From positions 1,760,001 through 1,824,000 of the forward strand of contig OZ242260.1 of the NCBI GenBank assembly GCA_965207065.1: DNA of 64,000 bases, written 5' to 3'. This DNA is from a bacterium (lineage in GTDB: Bacteria; UBA8248). The position numbers were made by a program, and so were the translations under genes. Below the pieces are notes generated by a model. The model saw nothing but the letters and a program-made list of their open reading frames with translations. It was not told where the DNA came from and searched no databases. Of the stretch, positions 37,232 to 46,295 are shown piece after piece; position 1 is the stretch's first letter, and every line of letters begins with the position of its first letter.

Positions 37232-37423
37232 GGGGTTGTTGAAAGAGCCCTCGCAGGGGGCGTCGCCTTTACCCCCGTGGCAAGGGGCCGGGGGGTTGGT
37301 TTGGTAGGGGCCGCATATCATGCGGCCCGTTCGGGGGCGGCGTGAAAAATCCGGGTCGCATGTATGTCAGACATATATGTCTGACCTGCAAACCCCCTCC
37401 TCGGGGGGCTTTTTCAACAACCC
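37232..37423. mobile_element. MITE-like unit enclosing a family B variant and a GTAG REP
   Basis: GGGGTTGTTGAAAGAGCCC ... GGGCTTTTTCAACAACCC inverted ends; GTAGGGGCCGCATATCATGCGGCCC inside. Confidence 0.7.
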
Positions 37424-37455
37424 TGCGCTTGGCTCCGGCGAACAAGGAGGTTGTC

Positions 37456-38328
37456 ATGTCTTTTGAGCACCCATACATTCGAATTGCCAACGTGACGCCC
37501 GAGAAACTGGACGAGAAAGAGGGCTGGAGCGTCTCCGATTTCCGGGTCGTCGTCAGCGGGAAGGAGGGTTCCTCCTCCATCATGTACCACGCCACCCTGG
37601 CCCCGGGTGATCGCCACCACAAGCACCGCTACGAGAACTGCCAGATGCAGTATTACGTCGTGAGCGGCCACGGCCTGGCGGGAGCCGGGGAGGACCGCGT
37701 GGAGGTGCACGCGGGCCACTTCCACCAGATTCCGAAGGGCGTGGAGCACTGGCTCGTGAACCTGGGCCGGCACGATCCCCTGGTCATCATCGGGTTCTAC
37801 GACCGCGTTCCCTATCTGAAGGACACCGGCCGCGTCTATCTCGGCGATATCACCGAGGCCGACCTCACCGCCCCGCGCACGCTGAGCGCCGCCGCCCTGC
37901 AGCATCCCCTCGTGCACAACGACGAGGTTCCCCACGTCAAGGTGTCGCACGAGGAGGGTTGGACGCAGGATTACTTCAACGAGCCGCTCAACCGCAGCGT
38001 CGGGGCGGGCTCGTGCTGGATGCAGGGCTACTTCGGCCCCAAAACCGTGCACATGAAGCACCGCCACAACAACTGCGAGGAAATATGCTACATCTTGAAG
38101 GGCCGCGGCCTGGCCGGAATCGGGAAAGATCGCGGGGAAGTGTTCGCAGGCGACGTGAACTACATGCCCGCCGGGGTGGAGCACTGGCTCGCGAACATCA
38201 GCGATACCGAAGACCTCTCGGCTCCCGGCTGGTACATCGGGGTGGGCGGACTGGATGAGAGCGGTTTTGAATACTTGGGCCCCGTGACGGATGAAGACCT
38301 GAAACAGCGAACGGGCGCTATCGAATAG
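37456..38328 (+). CDS. Bicupin protein (two cupin domains)
   Basis: HHKHRYENCQMQYYVVSGHG...GVEHWL and HMKHRHNNCEEICYILKGRG...GVEHWL; AAGGAGG RBS. Confidence 0.88.
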   Translation: MSFEHPYIRIANVTPEKLDEKEGWSVSDFRVVVSGKEGSSSIMYHATLAPGDRHHKHRYENCQMQYYVVSGHGLAGAGEDRVEVHAGHFHQIPKGVEHWLVNLGRHDPLVIIGFYDRVPYLKDTGRVYLGDITEADLTAPRTLSAAALQHPLVHNDEVPHVKVSHEEGWTQDYFNEPLNRSVGAGSCWMQGYFGPKTVHMKHRHNNCEEICYILKGRGLAGIGKDRGEVFAGDVNYMPAGVEHWLANISDTEDLSAPGWYIGVGGLDESGFEYLGPVTDEDLKQRTGAIE

Positions 38329-38368
38329 ATCTTCCCTGTAGAACAACCATTTTGTGAGGAACTTGTCT

Positions 38369-39226
38369 ATGCCGCTTCAATACCCCCTGATCCACGTCGA
38401 CGACGTTACGCCCGAGAAGATGGAAGAAAAGGAAGGCTGGGCGATCTCGGAGTTCCGTCTGCCCATCACAGGCGCGCACGGGAGCTCGACGACCGTCTTT
38501 CACTCCATCTTCCGGCCTGGCTCCACCCACGCGAAGCATCTCCATACCGAGTGCGAGGAAATCGCGGTCTATTTGAAGGGCCACGGCGTAGTCGGCCAGG
38601 GCGACCAACGCGCCGAGGTGCGCGAGGGCCACTGCCGCCTCATGCCGAAGGGGTCGACGCATTTCTTCTACAACGAGACGAAAGACGAGGAGGCGATGGT
38701 GGTCGGCTTCTACCTCGGCGCGCCGAGCGTGGCGGGCACGGGCTATGAGTTCCACGGCGACGTGACCCGGGCCGACCTCGACATGCCGCGCGAGGGGCTG
38801 ACCGAGGGAATCCTGGTGCACCTCGACGACGTGCAGCCCGAGAACATGAACGAGGGGGAGGGCTGGTCGATCACCGACTTCAGGCTCCCTCTGTGTGGGC
38901 GCAACGGCAGCGACACGACGCTGTTCCGCGCGCGCTTTTTCCCGGGCGCGGTTCACAAGAAGCACAGGCACGACAACTGCGAGGAGATCTACTACATCAT
39001 CAGCGGCCACGGCCTGGCGGGCGCGGGGCCGGATCGCGTGGAGGTGCGCGGCGGTCACTTCCACTACATCCCCAAAGGGGTGGAGCACTGGCTCCACAAC
39101 CTGAGCGACACCGAGCCCATCGAGGCGGTGGGCATCTACATCGGCAGCGGGAGCGTGGAGGAGACGGGCTACGTCTACATGGGCGACGTGACCGAAGAGG
39201 ACATCAAGGCGCGGACGCCGCTGTAG
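38369..39226 (+). CDS. Bicupin protein, paralog of the upstream gene
   Basis: HAKHLHTECEEIAVYLKGHG...GSTHFF and HKKHRHDNCEEIYYIISGHG...GVEHWL. Confidence 0.88.
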   Translation: MPLQYPLIHVDDVTPEKMEEKEGWAISEFRLPITGAHGSSTTVFHSIFRPGSTHAKHLHTECEEIAVYLKGHGVVGQGDQRAEVREGHCRLMPKGSTHFFYNETKDEEAMVVGFYLGAPSVAGTGYEFHGDVTRADLDMPREGLTEGILVHLDDVQPENMNEGEGWSITDFRLPLCGRNGSDTTLFRARFFPGAVHKKHRHDNCEEIYYIISGHGLAGAGPDRVEVRGGHFHYIPKGVEHWLHNLSDTEPIEAVGIYIGSGSVEETGYVYMGDVTEEDIKARTPL

Positions 39227-39374
39227 CCGATTATGGGTGCTCTCAAGGCCCGGCGGAATATGGGATTCGTGCGCCATGTGTTTTATCTTTTGCCTTTTGC
39301 GCACGTCGTGGTATTCTTGAGGGGCATGGGGAATTGGCGCATATATACGAGACAAATCTTTCGGGAGTGATGTC

Positions 39375-39923
39375 ATGAAGATAACCGAGGCGGCAGCCGA
39401 TAAAGTCAAGGAAATCATGGAGCAAAACGGTGGAGGCTTCGCCGGAATCCTCATCAGCTTCGAGGGCGGCTACAAGCTCGATCTGGTGAAGGATGAGGAT
39501 GCGGCCGAATACATCCGGGTGGAGAACCCCCTGCTGGGCGTTTTCGCCTCGCCCGAGCATGTCGACAGAGCTGAGAAGGCCCAGATCGAGTTCGTGACCG
39601 AAGGCCCCACGAGCGGGTTCAAGGTGACGCGCGAGATGACGGAGGGCGATACGTCCCTCCTGGAGCAGATTCAGGAGATCATCGACACGGAGATTAACCC
39701 GGCGGTGGCTTCCCACGGCGGCGTCATCAACCTGCTCGACGTGGAGGAAAAGCGCGTGTTCGTGCAGATGGGCGGCGGCTGCGCGGGCTGCGGCATGGCG
39801 GACGTGACGCTCAAGTCAGGCGTCGAGGCGCGCTTACAGCAATTAGACCCCGAGATTCAGGTGATCGACACCACCGACCACGCCTCGGGTGCGAACCCCT
39901 ACTACGCGCCGACGAAAAAATAG
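39375..39923 (+). CDS. nfuA: Fe-S biogenesis protein NfuA
   Basis: Degenerate A-type N-domain; INPAVASHGG, GGGCAGCG, TDHASGANPYY. Confidence 0.88.
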   Translation: MKITEAAADKVKEIMEQNGGGFAGILISFEGGYKLDLVKDEDAAEYIRVENPLLGVFASPEHVDRAEKAQIEFVTEGPTSGFKVTREMTEGDTSLLEQIQEIIDTEINPAVASHGGVINLLDVEEKRVFVQMGGGCAGCGMADVTLKSGVEARLQQLDPEIQVIDTTDHASGANPYYAPTKK

Positions 39924-39938
39924 TTTTAGCGAAAGCAT

Positions 39939-39969
39939 AAAGGGGCCGGCCATATGGTCGGCCCTTTTT
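39939..39969. terminator. Bidirectional intrinsic terminator between convergent genes
   Basis: AAAGGGGCCGGCCAT-ATGGTCGGCCCTTTTT. Confidence 0.75.
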
Positions 39970-39977
39970 CTTTGGGC

Positions 39978-41231
39978 TTATTCCCCGATATCGAAGCGGA
40001 GTTTCTCATGCGCCGCGCGCAGGGCGGCTTCCACCTCTTCGGGCCGCTCTCCTTTTGCGAAGATGAAGCCCAGATATCTCTCTCCCTCTGGCAGCGGTAC
40101 GACGCGCCCGCCGATGTGGATGGAAATGTCGACCTCCACGACGCCGGGTACGGTCAGAGCTTCGTCTTTGCCCTCGACCCCCTTCAGCACCCCCTCACCG
40201 GGTATGGGAATCATCATGACGCCGGAAGCCTTTTTCTCACGCTCCATGGATGGAGGCGCTACGCCGAGGGCCTGGGAAAGGATGAGGCATTCGAGCGAGG
40301 CGCCGCCCCCGAACTCGAGTGCGCCCGAGCATTTCCCGCCAATGGAGCGGCTCGCCACGTCGATCACCCGTATTTCGCCCGCATCGTTGATTCTCAGTTC
40401 CGCGTGAAGTGGCCCCTCGCGCAGGCGGATGGCGCGGGCGGCGCGGGTGGTTTCCTCACGAATACGATTTTGCGTCTCATCGGGCAGCCGAGAGGGCGTG
40501 ACGTAGATGGTTTCCTCGAAAAAAGGGCCTTCCAGCGGGTCGGGCTTGTCGAAAATCGCGAGAATGTGCACCTCACCACGCACGACGAGGCCTTCGACCG
40601 CCACCTCTATGCCCTCCAGGTAATCCTCCACCAGGATCATCTCCGCCTCGGCGCCGCCGCGGGCGATGGTTTCTGGATCTTCGAGTATCGCGCCGACCCG
40701 GCGGTAGGCATCTGCGAATTCGGCCTCGTCGTTCGCGCGAATCACGCCCCGGCTGGCGGCGAGAAAGGTGGGTTTCAAAACACAGGGGTAGCGGATGCCC
40801 TCTGCGATTATCTCCGGCTCCTCCTGGGCGGAGACGAGGCGGAACGAGGGCGAAGGCAGGCCTTCTTCCGAGAGGACTTTTCTCAGTTCGTACTTGCTCC
40901 GCGTCGTGCGCGAGGCTTCCACGGGATGGTAGGGCAGCCCCAGCGCCTCGGCGGCCATCGCGCCGAGGATGAGCGTGTCGTCATCCACCGGTGCTATCGC
41001 GTCGAGCGGGAACTGACTTGCGAACGAACTGATGAGGGCGGCGCCCGCTTCCGGTTCGTTGTAATCGAGCGTGATGGAGCCGCCCGGGTTCAGCCCGGCC
41101 AGAAGGTCGGGCCGGTCGGTTCCCACTGTGACCCGGACGCCCATCTCCTGAGCCGCCGCCATGTAGGCGGACGCGCGGTAGGTGGCCGTCGTCATCAACA
41201 GGAGAACGCGCTCTCCTTCTTCAGGTGGCAT
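39978..41231 (-). CDS. ATP-grasp ligase (L-amino-acid ligase-like)
   Basis: YPCVLKPTFLAASRGV, LVEDYLEG.EVAVEG, HAELR, IDVASRSIGG. Confidence 0.85.
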   Translation of the reverse strand: MPPEEGERVLLLMTTATYRASAYMAAAQEMGVRVTVGTDRPDLLAGLNPGGSITLDYNEPEAGAALISSFASQFPLDAIAPVDDDTLILGAMAAEALGLPYHPVEASRTTRSKYELRKVLSEEGLPSPSFRLVSAQEEPEIIAEGIRYPCVLKPTFLAASRGVIRANDEAEFADAYRRVGAILEDPETIARGGAEAEMILVEDYLEGIEVAVEGLVVRGEVHILAIFDKPDPLEGPFFEETIYVTPSRLPDETQNRIREETTRAARAIRLREGPLHAELRINDAGEIRVIDVASRSIGGKCSGALEFGGGASLECLILSQALGVAPPSMEREKKASGVMMIPIPGEGVLKGVEGKDEALTVPGVVEVDISIHIGGRVVPLPEGERYLGFIFAKGERPEEVEAALRAAHEKLRFDIGE

Positions 41232-42000
41232 ACCACCCGCCATCCACCAGGAGCGATGTGCCGGTCACGAGGCTGCTCGCCTCGGAAGCCAGGAAGATGG
41301 CCGGCCCCACCAGTTCGCTCATCTGCCCGAAGCGGCCCATGGGCGTTCTGTCGCAGATGGCGTCGTAGATGAGTTCGTCTTCCTGCAGGGAGGCGGTGAG
41401 TTCCGTTTCGATGAAGGTGGGACAGATGGCGTTCACCTGGATGTTGTCTGTCGCATACTCGCGAGCGAAAACACGCGTCAGGCCGATGAGGCCGCTCTTC
41501 GAGGACGTATAAGGCCCGTAGCACTGTTGCCGGGGGTTCCGGAATACGGACCAGCCCATCAAAGATGAGATGTTGATCACCTTGCCGCCGCCCGATTTCT
41601 TCATTTCCTCGCCCGCGCGCCGCGTGATGAAGAAGATGCTCTTCAGGTTCAGGTCGAGGATCCTGTCCCAGTCCGCCTCGCTGATGTCCCAGAGCGTTTT
41701 CCGCACGTTCGTGCCCGCGTTGTTCACCAGAATGGTGAGGCCGCCCAGTGCTGCGGCGGCTTCTATCACCATGCGCTCGGCCGATTCCATGTTGGTCACG
41801 TCGGCCTGGATGAGCGCGCACTTGCGGCCCATGCCCTCGATGGCTTCCTTCGCCTCGCCGGCGGGTTCGATGTCGATGTCCGCGATGGCGACGTCAGCAC
41901 CCGCGGCGGCGAAGCCCTCGGCCAGCGTACGTCCGATGCCGCGCGCAGCGCCTGTAATGAGCGCCTTCGCGCCGCTCAGGTCGAAAAGAGATTGACTCAT
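41221..42000 (-). CDS. Short-chain dehydrogenase (gluconate 5-DH/KduD-like)
   Basis: TGAARGIG, NNAG, YTSSK. Confidence 0.92.
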   Translation of the reverse strand: MSQSLFDLSGAKALITGAARGIGRTLAEGFAAAGADVAIADIDIEPAGEAKEAIEGMGRKCALIQADVTNMESAERMVIEAAAALGGLTILVNNAGTNVRKTLWDISEADWDRILDLNLKSIFFITRRAGEEMKKSGGGKVINISSLMGWSVFRNPRQQCYGPYTSSKSGLIGLTRVFAREYATDNIQVNAICPTFIETELTASLQEDELIYDAICDRTPMGRFGQMSELVGPAIFLASEASSLVTGTSLLVDGGWYAT

Positions 42001-42186
42001 GTGTGATTCTCCTTATTAGGGGTGTCGGGTTTTTCCCGATTCTCTCCGCCGGAGCGTTCCCGGTCAATGGGCGCGGATAATCTCGTTGGCCTTGGAGGGA
42101 GAGTGTGATAATCAATAGGGAGAATTTCTTCTATTTTCCGTTCTCATTTGAGAGTGGTTTCGGGTTCCCATGCGCGGGAGTGAACA

Positions 42187-43836
42187 ATGGCTAAGTCCAA
42201 GGATAACGGCGCGAAAAAAGAGCGCCCCGTCCGGGAGGCGGCCTACAACTCGGGCAAGCCCGTGCCCGTGGTCTACGGGCCGGACGCGCCGGATGAGGGA
42301 TATCGGGAAAAGCTCGGCGCGCCGGGAGAATACCCCTACACCCGGGGCATCTACCCCACGATGTACCGGGGCTCGCTCTGGACGATGCGCCAGTACGCGG
42401 GTTTTTCCACCTCGGCGGACACCAACGCGCGGTTCCATTTTCTGCTCGGAAACGGCCAGACGGGCCTCTCGATGGCCTACGATCTGCCCACCCAGCTCGG
42501 CCTCGACTCGGACGACGAGACCGCACAGGACGACGTGGGACGCCTGGGCGTCGCCGTGGACACCGCTCAGGACATGGCGGACGTTTTCGAGGGGATACCG
42601 CTCGATAAGGTGAGTGTCTCGCACACCATCAATTCGACCGCCGCCATCATCCAGGCGTTCTGGCTCATCGCCGCAGAGCGCCAGGGGGTCGCGCTCGATA
42701 AGCTGCGCGGCACCTTCCAGAACGACATGCTCAAGGAGTACATCGGCCGGGGCACTTGGATATTCCCCCCGAGACCCTCCATGCGCCTGGTGGCCGACAT
42801 CATCGAATACAACGCGAAGCACTGCCCGCGCGTGAACGCCGTCAGCGTCTCGGCCACCCACATCGCCGAGACGGGCGCCACCCTCGCGCAGGACGTCGCC
42901 TTCCCCATCCTGAACGCTCTGGCCTATATACGAGAGCTCACCTCGCGCGGCCTCCACGTGGATGACTTCGTGCCCACGATGTCGTTTCACCTCTCGGTCG
43001 GCGGCGGCGTGGGGCCGTTCAATCTGCTTGAATCTATCGGCAAGCTGCGCGCGGCGCGGCGCATCTGGGCGCGCACGATGAAGGAGAAATACGGCGCGAA
43101 AAACCCGAAAACCATGCAGCTCAAGTTCTCGACCGGCAACTGCGGCAGCCGCATGGCGGCGCGCGAGCCGCTCAACAACATCGTGCGCCAGACGCTCTAC
43201 ACCCTGGCCGCTGTCATGGGGGGCACACGCTCAGTGAACATGGCGTGTTTCGACGAGGCTTTTGAGATTCCCTCGGACGAGTCCATCCGCACGGCGCTTC
43301 GGATTCAGCAGGTCATCGCCCATGAGAGCGGCGTGGCCGACACGGTGGATCCGCTGGCGGGGGGCTATGCGGTGGAAGCCGTGACGGATCAGGTGGAAGA
43401 GGAGATTCACGCCATCGTAGACGATTACGAATCACGCGGCGGAATCGTCCCCTTCATCGAGAGCGGCGAGATCCAGAGACTGCTCGCGCGGCAGGCTTAT
43501 GAGCATCAGCGAAAGATCGCCGATGGCGAGCAGGTGTGGGTGGGTGTGAACAAGTTCACCTCGGAAGAGGAAGACCGCATGAGCGCGGGTGAGGGCCTCT
43601 ACGAGGCGGATGATTCGGCGCTCGAAAAACAAAAAGAGCGCCTCGCGCGCGTGAAGGCCGCCCGCGATGAAGGCGAGGTGGCTGCGCAACTCGAAAAGCT
43701 GGCCAGGGCGTGTGAATCGAAAGAAAATCTGGTGCCTTATCTCATGGAGTCCGCTCGCGCGCGCCTCACCGTGGGGGAGATGACCGGGGTGATGCGCGGC
43801 GCCTTCGGGGCCTACGTGGAGCCGTCGGTCGTTTGA
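42187..43836 (+). CDS. Adenosylcobalamin-dependent acyl-CoA mutase, large subunit (divergent)
   Basis: PGEYPYTRGIYPTMY, WTMRQYAGF, QNDMLKEY, VDPLAG, VGVNKF. Confidence 0.93.
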   Translation: MAKSKDNGAKKERPVREAAYNSGKPVPVVYGPDAPDEGYREKLGAPGEYPYTRGIYPTMYRGSLWTMRQYAGFSTSADTNARFHFLLGNGQTGLSMAYDLPTQLGLDSDDETAQDDVGRLGVAVDTAQDMADVFEGIPLDKVSVSHTINSTAAIIQAFWLIAAERQGVALDKLRGTFQNDMLKEYIGRGTWIFPPRPSMRLVADIIEYNAKHCPRVNAVSVSATHIAETGATLAQDVAFPILNALAYIRELTSRGLHVDDFVPTMSFHLSVGGGVGPFNLLESIGKLRAARRIWARTMKEKYGAKNPKTMQLKFSTGNCGSRMAAREPLNNIVRQTLYTLAAVMGGTRSVNMACFDEAFEIPSDESIRTALRIQQVIAHESGVADTVDPLAGGYAVEAVTDQVEEEIHAIVDDYESRGGIVPFIESGEIQRLLARQAYEHQRKIADGEQVWVGVNKFTSEEEDRMSAGEGLYEADDSALEKQKERLARVKAARDEGEVAAQLEKLARACESKENLVPYLMESARARLTVGEMTGVMRGAFGAYVEPSVV

Positions 43837-44249
43837 TGATGAGCACGAATAAACGCATACGGGTCCTGATGGCGAAGCCGGGCCTCGACGGGCATGATCG
43901 GGGCGTCAAGGTCATCATCCATGCGCTGAGAGACGCCGGCATGGAGGTGATTTATTCGGGTCTCAGGCAAACGGTGGAGCAGATTATCGCCGTAGCGATT
44001 CAGGAGAACGTGGACGTCATCGGCCTGAGCATACTCTCGGGCTCCTACATGGGGATTGCGCGCAGGCTCATGGCGAGAATCAAGGAAGAGGGCCTCGATG
44101 ATTGCCTCGTCATCTTTGGCGGGAATATCCTGGAGCGCGACGTGGCGGGGCTCAAATCCTTGGGCGTTGCCGAAGTCTTCAATCACCATGCGGACATGAC
44201 GGAAGTCGTCTCGTATATCCGTAACAACGCAGCAGCCGGCGCGGCCTGA
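43836..44249 (+). CDS. Acyl-CoA mutase B12-binding small subunit
   Basis: KPGLDGHDRG (DxHxxG), GLSILSG, FGG. Confidence 0.93.
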   Translation: MMSTNKRIRVLMAKPGLDGHDRGVKVIIHALRDAGMEVIYSGLRQTVEQIIAVAIQENVDVIGLSILSGSYMGIARRLMARIKEEGLDDCLVIFGGNILERDVAGLKSLGVAEVFNHHADMTEVVSYIRNNAAAGAA

Positions 44250-44265
44250 CGGCGGCGCATCTTTC

Positions 44266-45474
44266 GTGGGGGAATCAGTTTTGGAAAAGCCGCTGGAGGG
44301 CGTGCGCATACTCGATCTTTCCGCCCTGCTCGCAGGCCCTTACGGCAGCATGGTGCTGGCCGATCTGGGTGCGGACGTCATCAAGATAGAAGTACCGGGC
44401 CGGGGCGACCTGGTCCGGACGATGCCCCCCCACTACGTGGGCGAGACGAGCGCCTATTTCATCGCGCTCAACAGGAACAAGCGGGGCATTTTCCTGAACC
44501 TGAAGGACGAGGAGGGCTACCGCGTCTTCTGCGAGATGGTGAAACGCTCCGACGTGGTCTATGACAATTACCGCCCTGGCGTTTTGGAGCGGCTGGGCGC
44601 GGACTACGAAACGCTTAAAGTAGTGAATCCGCGCATCATCAGCGCCTCCGTCACCGGCTACGGACTCACCGGCCCCCAGAAAGACAAGCCCGCGCTCGAC
44701 CTCATCATCCAGGGGCGCGGCGGCATCATGAGCTTCACAGGCGAGCCGGGCAGGCCGCCCGTGCGCCTCGGCGTTCCCATGGGCGACATGGGAGGCGGCA
44801 TGTTCGCCGCCCACGGGATTCTGGCGGCGCTCTATAAGCGCGAGCGGACGGGCGTGGGCCAGAAGGTGGATGTCTCGCTCTTGGATTCCCAGTTGTATCT
44901 CGCAAGCTATCGTTCGCAGTACTATCTGACGGCGGGCGACGTGGCCGAGCCAATGGGCACGGGCCACGCATCCGCCGTTCCCATCGGCGCGTACCAGTGC
45001 GGCGACGGCAAGTGGCTTGTGCTCGACGCCATTCTGGATCATTTCTTCCAGGGCCTTTGCGACGCGCTGGGTCATCCTGAATGGAAGGACGACCCCAGGA
45101 TGAAGGACAGGCCCACCCGCCTCGAGAATCGCGAGTACGTGGACGGCAAGCTCTCGGAAGTCTACAAGACGAACACCGCCGCCCACTGGATAGAGAGAAT
45201 CGAGGCGCACGGCGTTCCCTGCGGGCCAATCCAGAGCATCGAGGAGGCGCTGAACGACCCCCAGACGCGCTCGCGAGAGATGGTGGTGGAGATGACCCAC
45301 CCTGAACTCGGCGAGATGCGCACGTTCAACACGCCCATCAAGATGGAGGGCACCTGGGGCGCTGCTCCCTCGCCGCCTCCCCTGATGGGCGAGCACACCG
45401 AGGAAGTGCTCAAGGAAGTGCTCGATCTAAACGATGAGGAAATCGAAAGGCTGAAAGCGCGCGAGGCGATTTAA
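44266..45474 (+). CDS. Class III CoA-transferase (CaiB/BaiF)
   Basis: PLEGVRILDLS, LADLGADVIKIE, NRNKR, DNYRPG, GDMGGG. Confidence 0.95.
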   Translation: MGESVLEKPLEGVRILDLSALLAGPYGSMVLADLGADVIKIEVPGRGDLVRTMPPHYVGETSAYFIALNRNKRGIFLNLKDEEGYRVFCEMVKRSDVVYDNYRPGVLERLGADYETLKVVNPRIISASVTGYGLTGPQKDKPALDLIIQGRGGIMSFTGEPGRPPVRLGVPMGDMGGGMFAAHGILAALYKRERTGVGQKVDVSLLDSQLYLASYRSQYYLTAGDVAEPMGTGHASAVPIGAYQCGDGKWLVLDAILDHFFQGLCDALGHPEWKDDPRMKDRPTRLENREYVDGKLSEVYKTNTAAHWIERIEAHGVPCGPIQSIEEALNDPQTRSREMVVEMTHPELGEMRTFNTPIKMEGTWGAAPSPPPLMGEHTEEVLKEVLDLNDEEIERLKAREAI

Positions 45475-45483
45475 GGGGCCGTC

Positions 45484-46272
45484 ATGTTTCATGACAAGAA
45501 GGCTTTCGTGTTCGACCTGGAAGGAGTCTTCTTCGCCGGAGACGAGGTGATGCCCGGCGGACAGGAGTTGATGCGGGCCATCAAGTCGAGAAACCTCCCC
45601 CATCGCTTCATCACGAACATCAGCCGCAGCACGGCGGCGGAAATCCGCGCCCACATGGCGGGTATTGGACTCGACCCGGGGGAGAACCTCATCGTGGCCG
45701 CGCTGGATCGGGTCGGCTCGTTTTTGAGGAAGAATTTCGGGCCGGGCCGCGCCTACGTGTTGGGGACGGATTCGCTTAAACGTGCGGTCGCATCGGGCGG
45801 TTTCGAGATATTGGGGAATGACGAAGAAGATAAGGCCGACGTCGTGCTTGTCGGTCTGGACGAAGACCTCACCTATCAGACTTTGAGCGCCGCAGCGCGG
45901 GCGGTGAGCCGGGGAGCGCAATTCGTCGCCATGAACCCCGACGTGCGGTTGCCGAGCGAGGATGGCTCTTTCTCCCTCGGCGGAGGCGCCATCATGGCGT
46001 CGGTTCGGGCGGCGGCGGGACGTGAGCCGGTGTTTTTCGGAAAGCCCGAACCTTTTCTCTTTGAAGAGGCGCTCGCTGAACTGGGCGTGGATGCGCGCCA
46101 CGCCGTCATGGTGGGGGACAACTTGAGAACGGATATTGCGGGCGGCCGGAAGGTGGGCATGGCCACCGTGTGGGTGAACCGCTGGGGGGTGATTGCCGGG
46201 GATCCGGACGTCACGGCGGACCTCGAAGTCAATACACTCGACGAACTGATGCCGCATCTGCCCGGCGGCTAA
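45484..46272 (+). CDS. HAD-IIA (NagD-like) phosphatase
   Basis: FDLEGV, FITN, FGKP, VGDNLRTDI. Confidence 0.9.
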   Translation: MFHDKKAFVFDLEGVFFAGDEVMPGGQELMRAIKSRNLPHRFITNISRSTAAEIRAHMAGIGLDPGENLIVAALDRVGSFLRKNFGPGRAYVLGTDSLKRAVASGGFEILGNDEEDKADVVLVGLDEDLTYQTLSAAARAVSRGAQFVAMNPDVRLPSEDGSFSLGGGAIMASVRAAAGREPVFFGKPEPFLFEEALAELGVDARHAVMVGDNLRTDIAGGRKVGMATVWVNRWGVIAGDPDVTADLEVNTLDELMPHLPGG

Positions 46273-46295
46273 CTTTAAGAAACAGAGAGGACGAC

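Noticed and set aside
6051-37423. CRISPR array or integron attC array interpretation of the repeats
   Set aside because: No regular repeat-spacer periodicity, no cas or intI gene, and the repeats do not bracket single ORF cassettes with RYYYAAC/GTTRRRY boxes
42001-42186. Cobalamin riboswitch upstream of the mutase
   Set aside because: No B12-box or GGGAA/GCCACTG core visible
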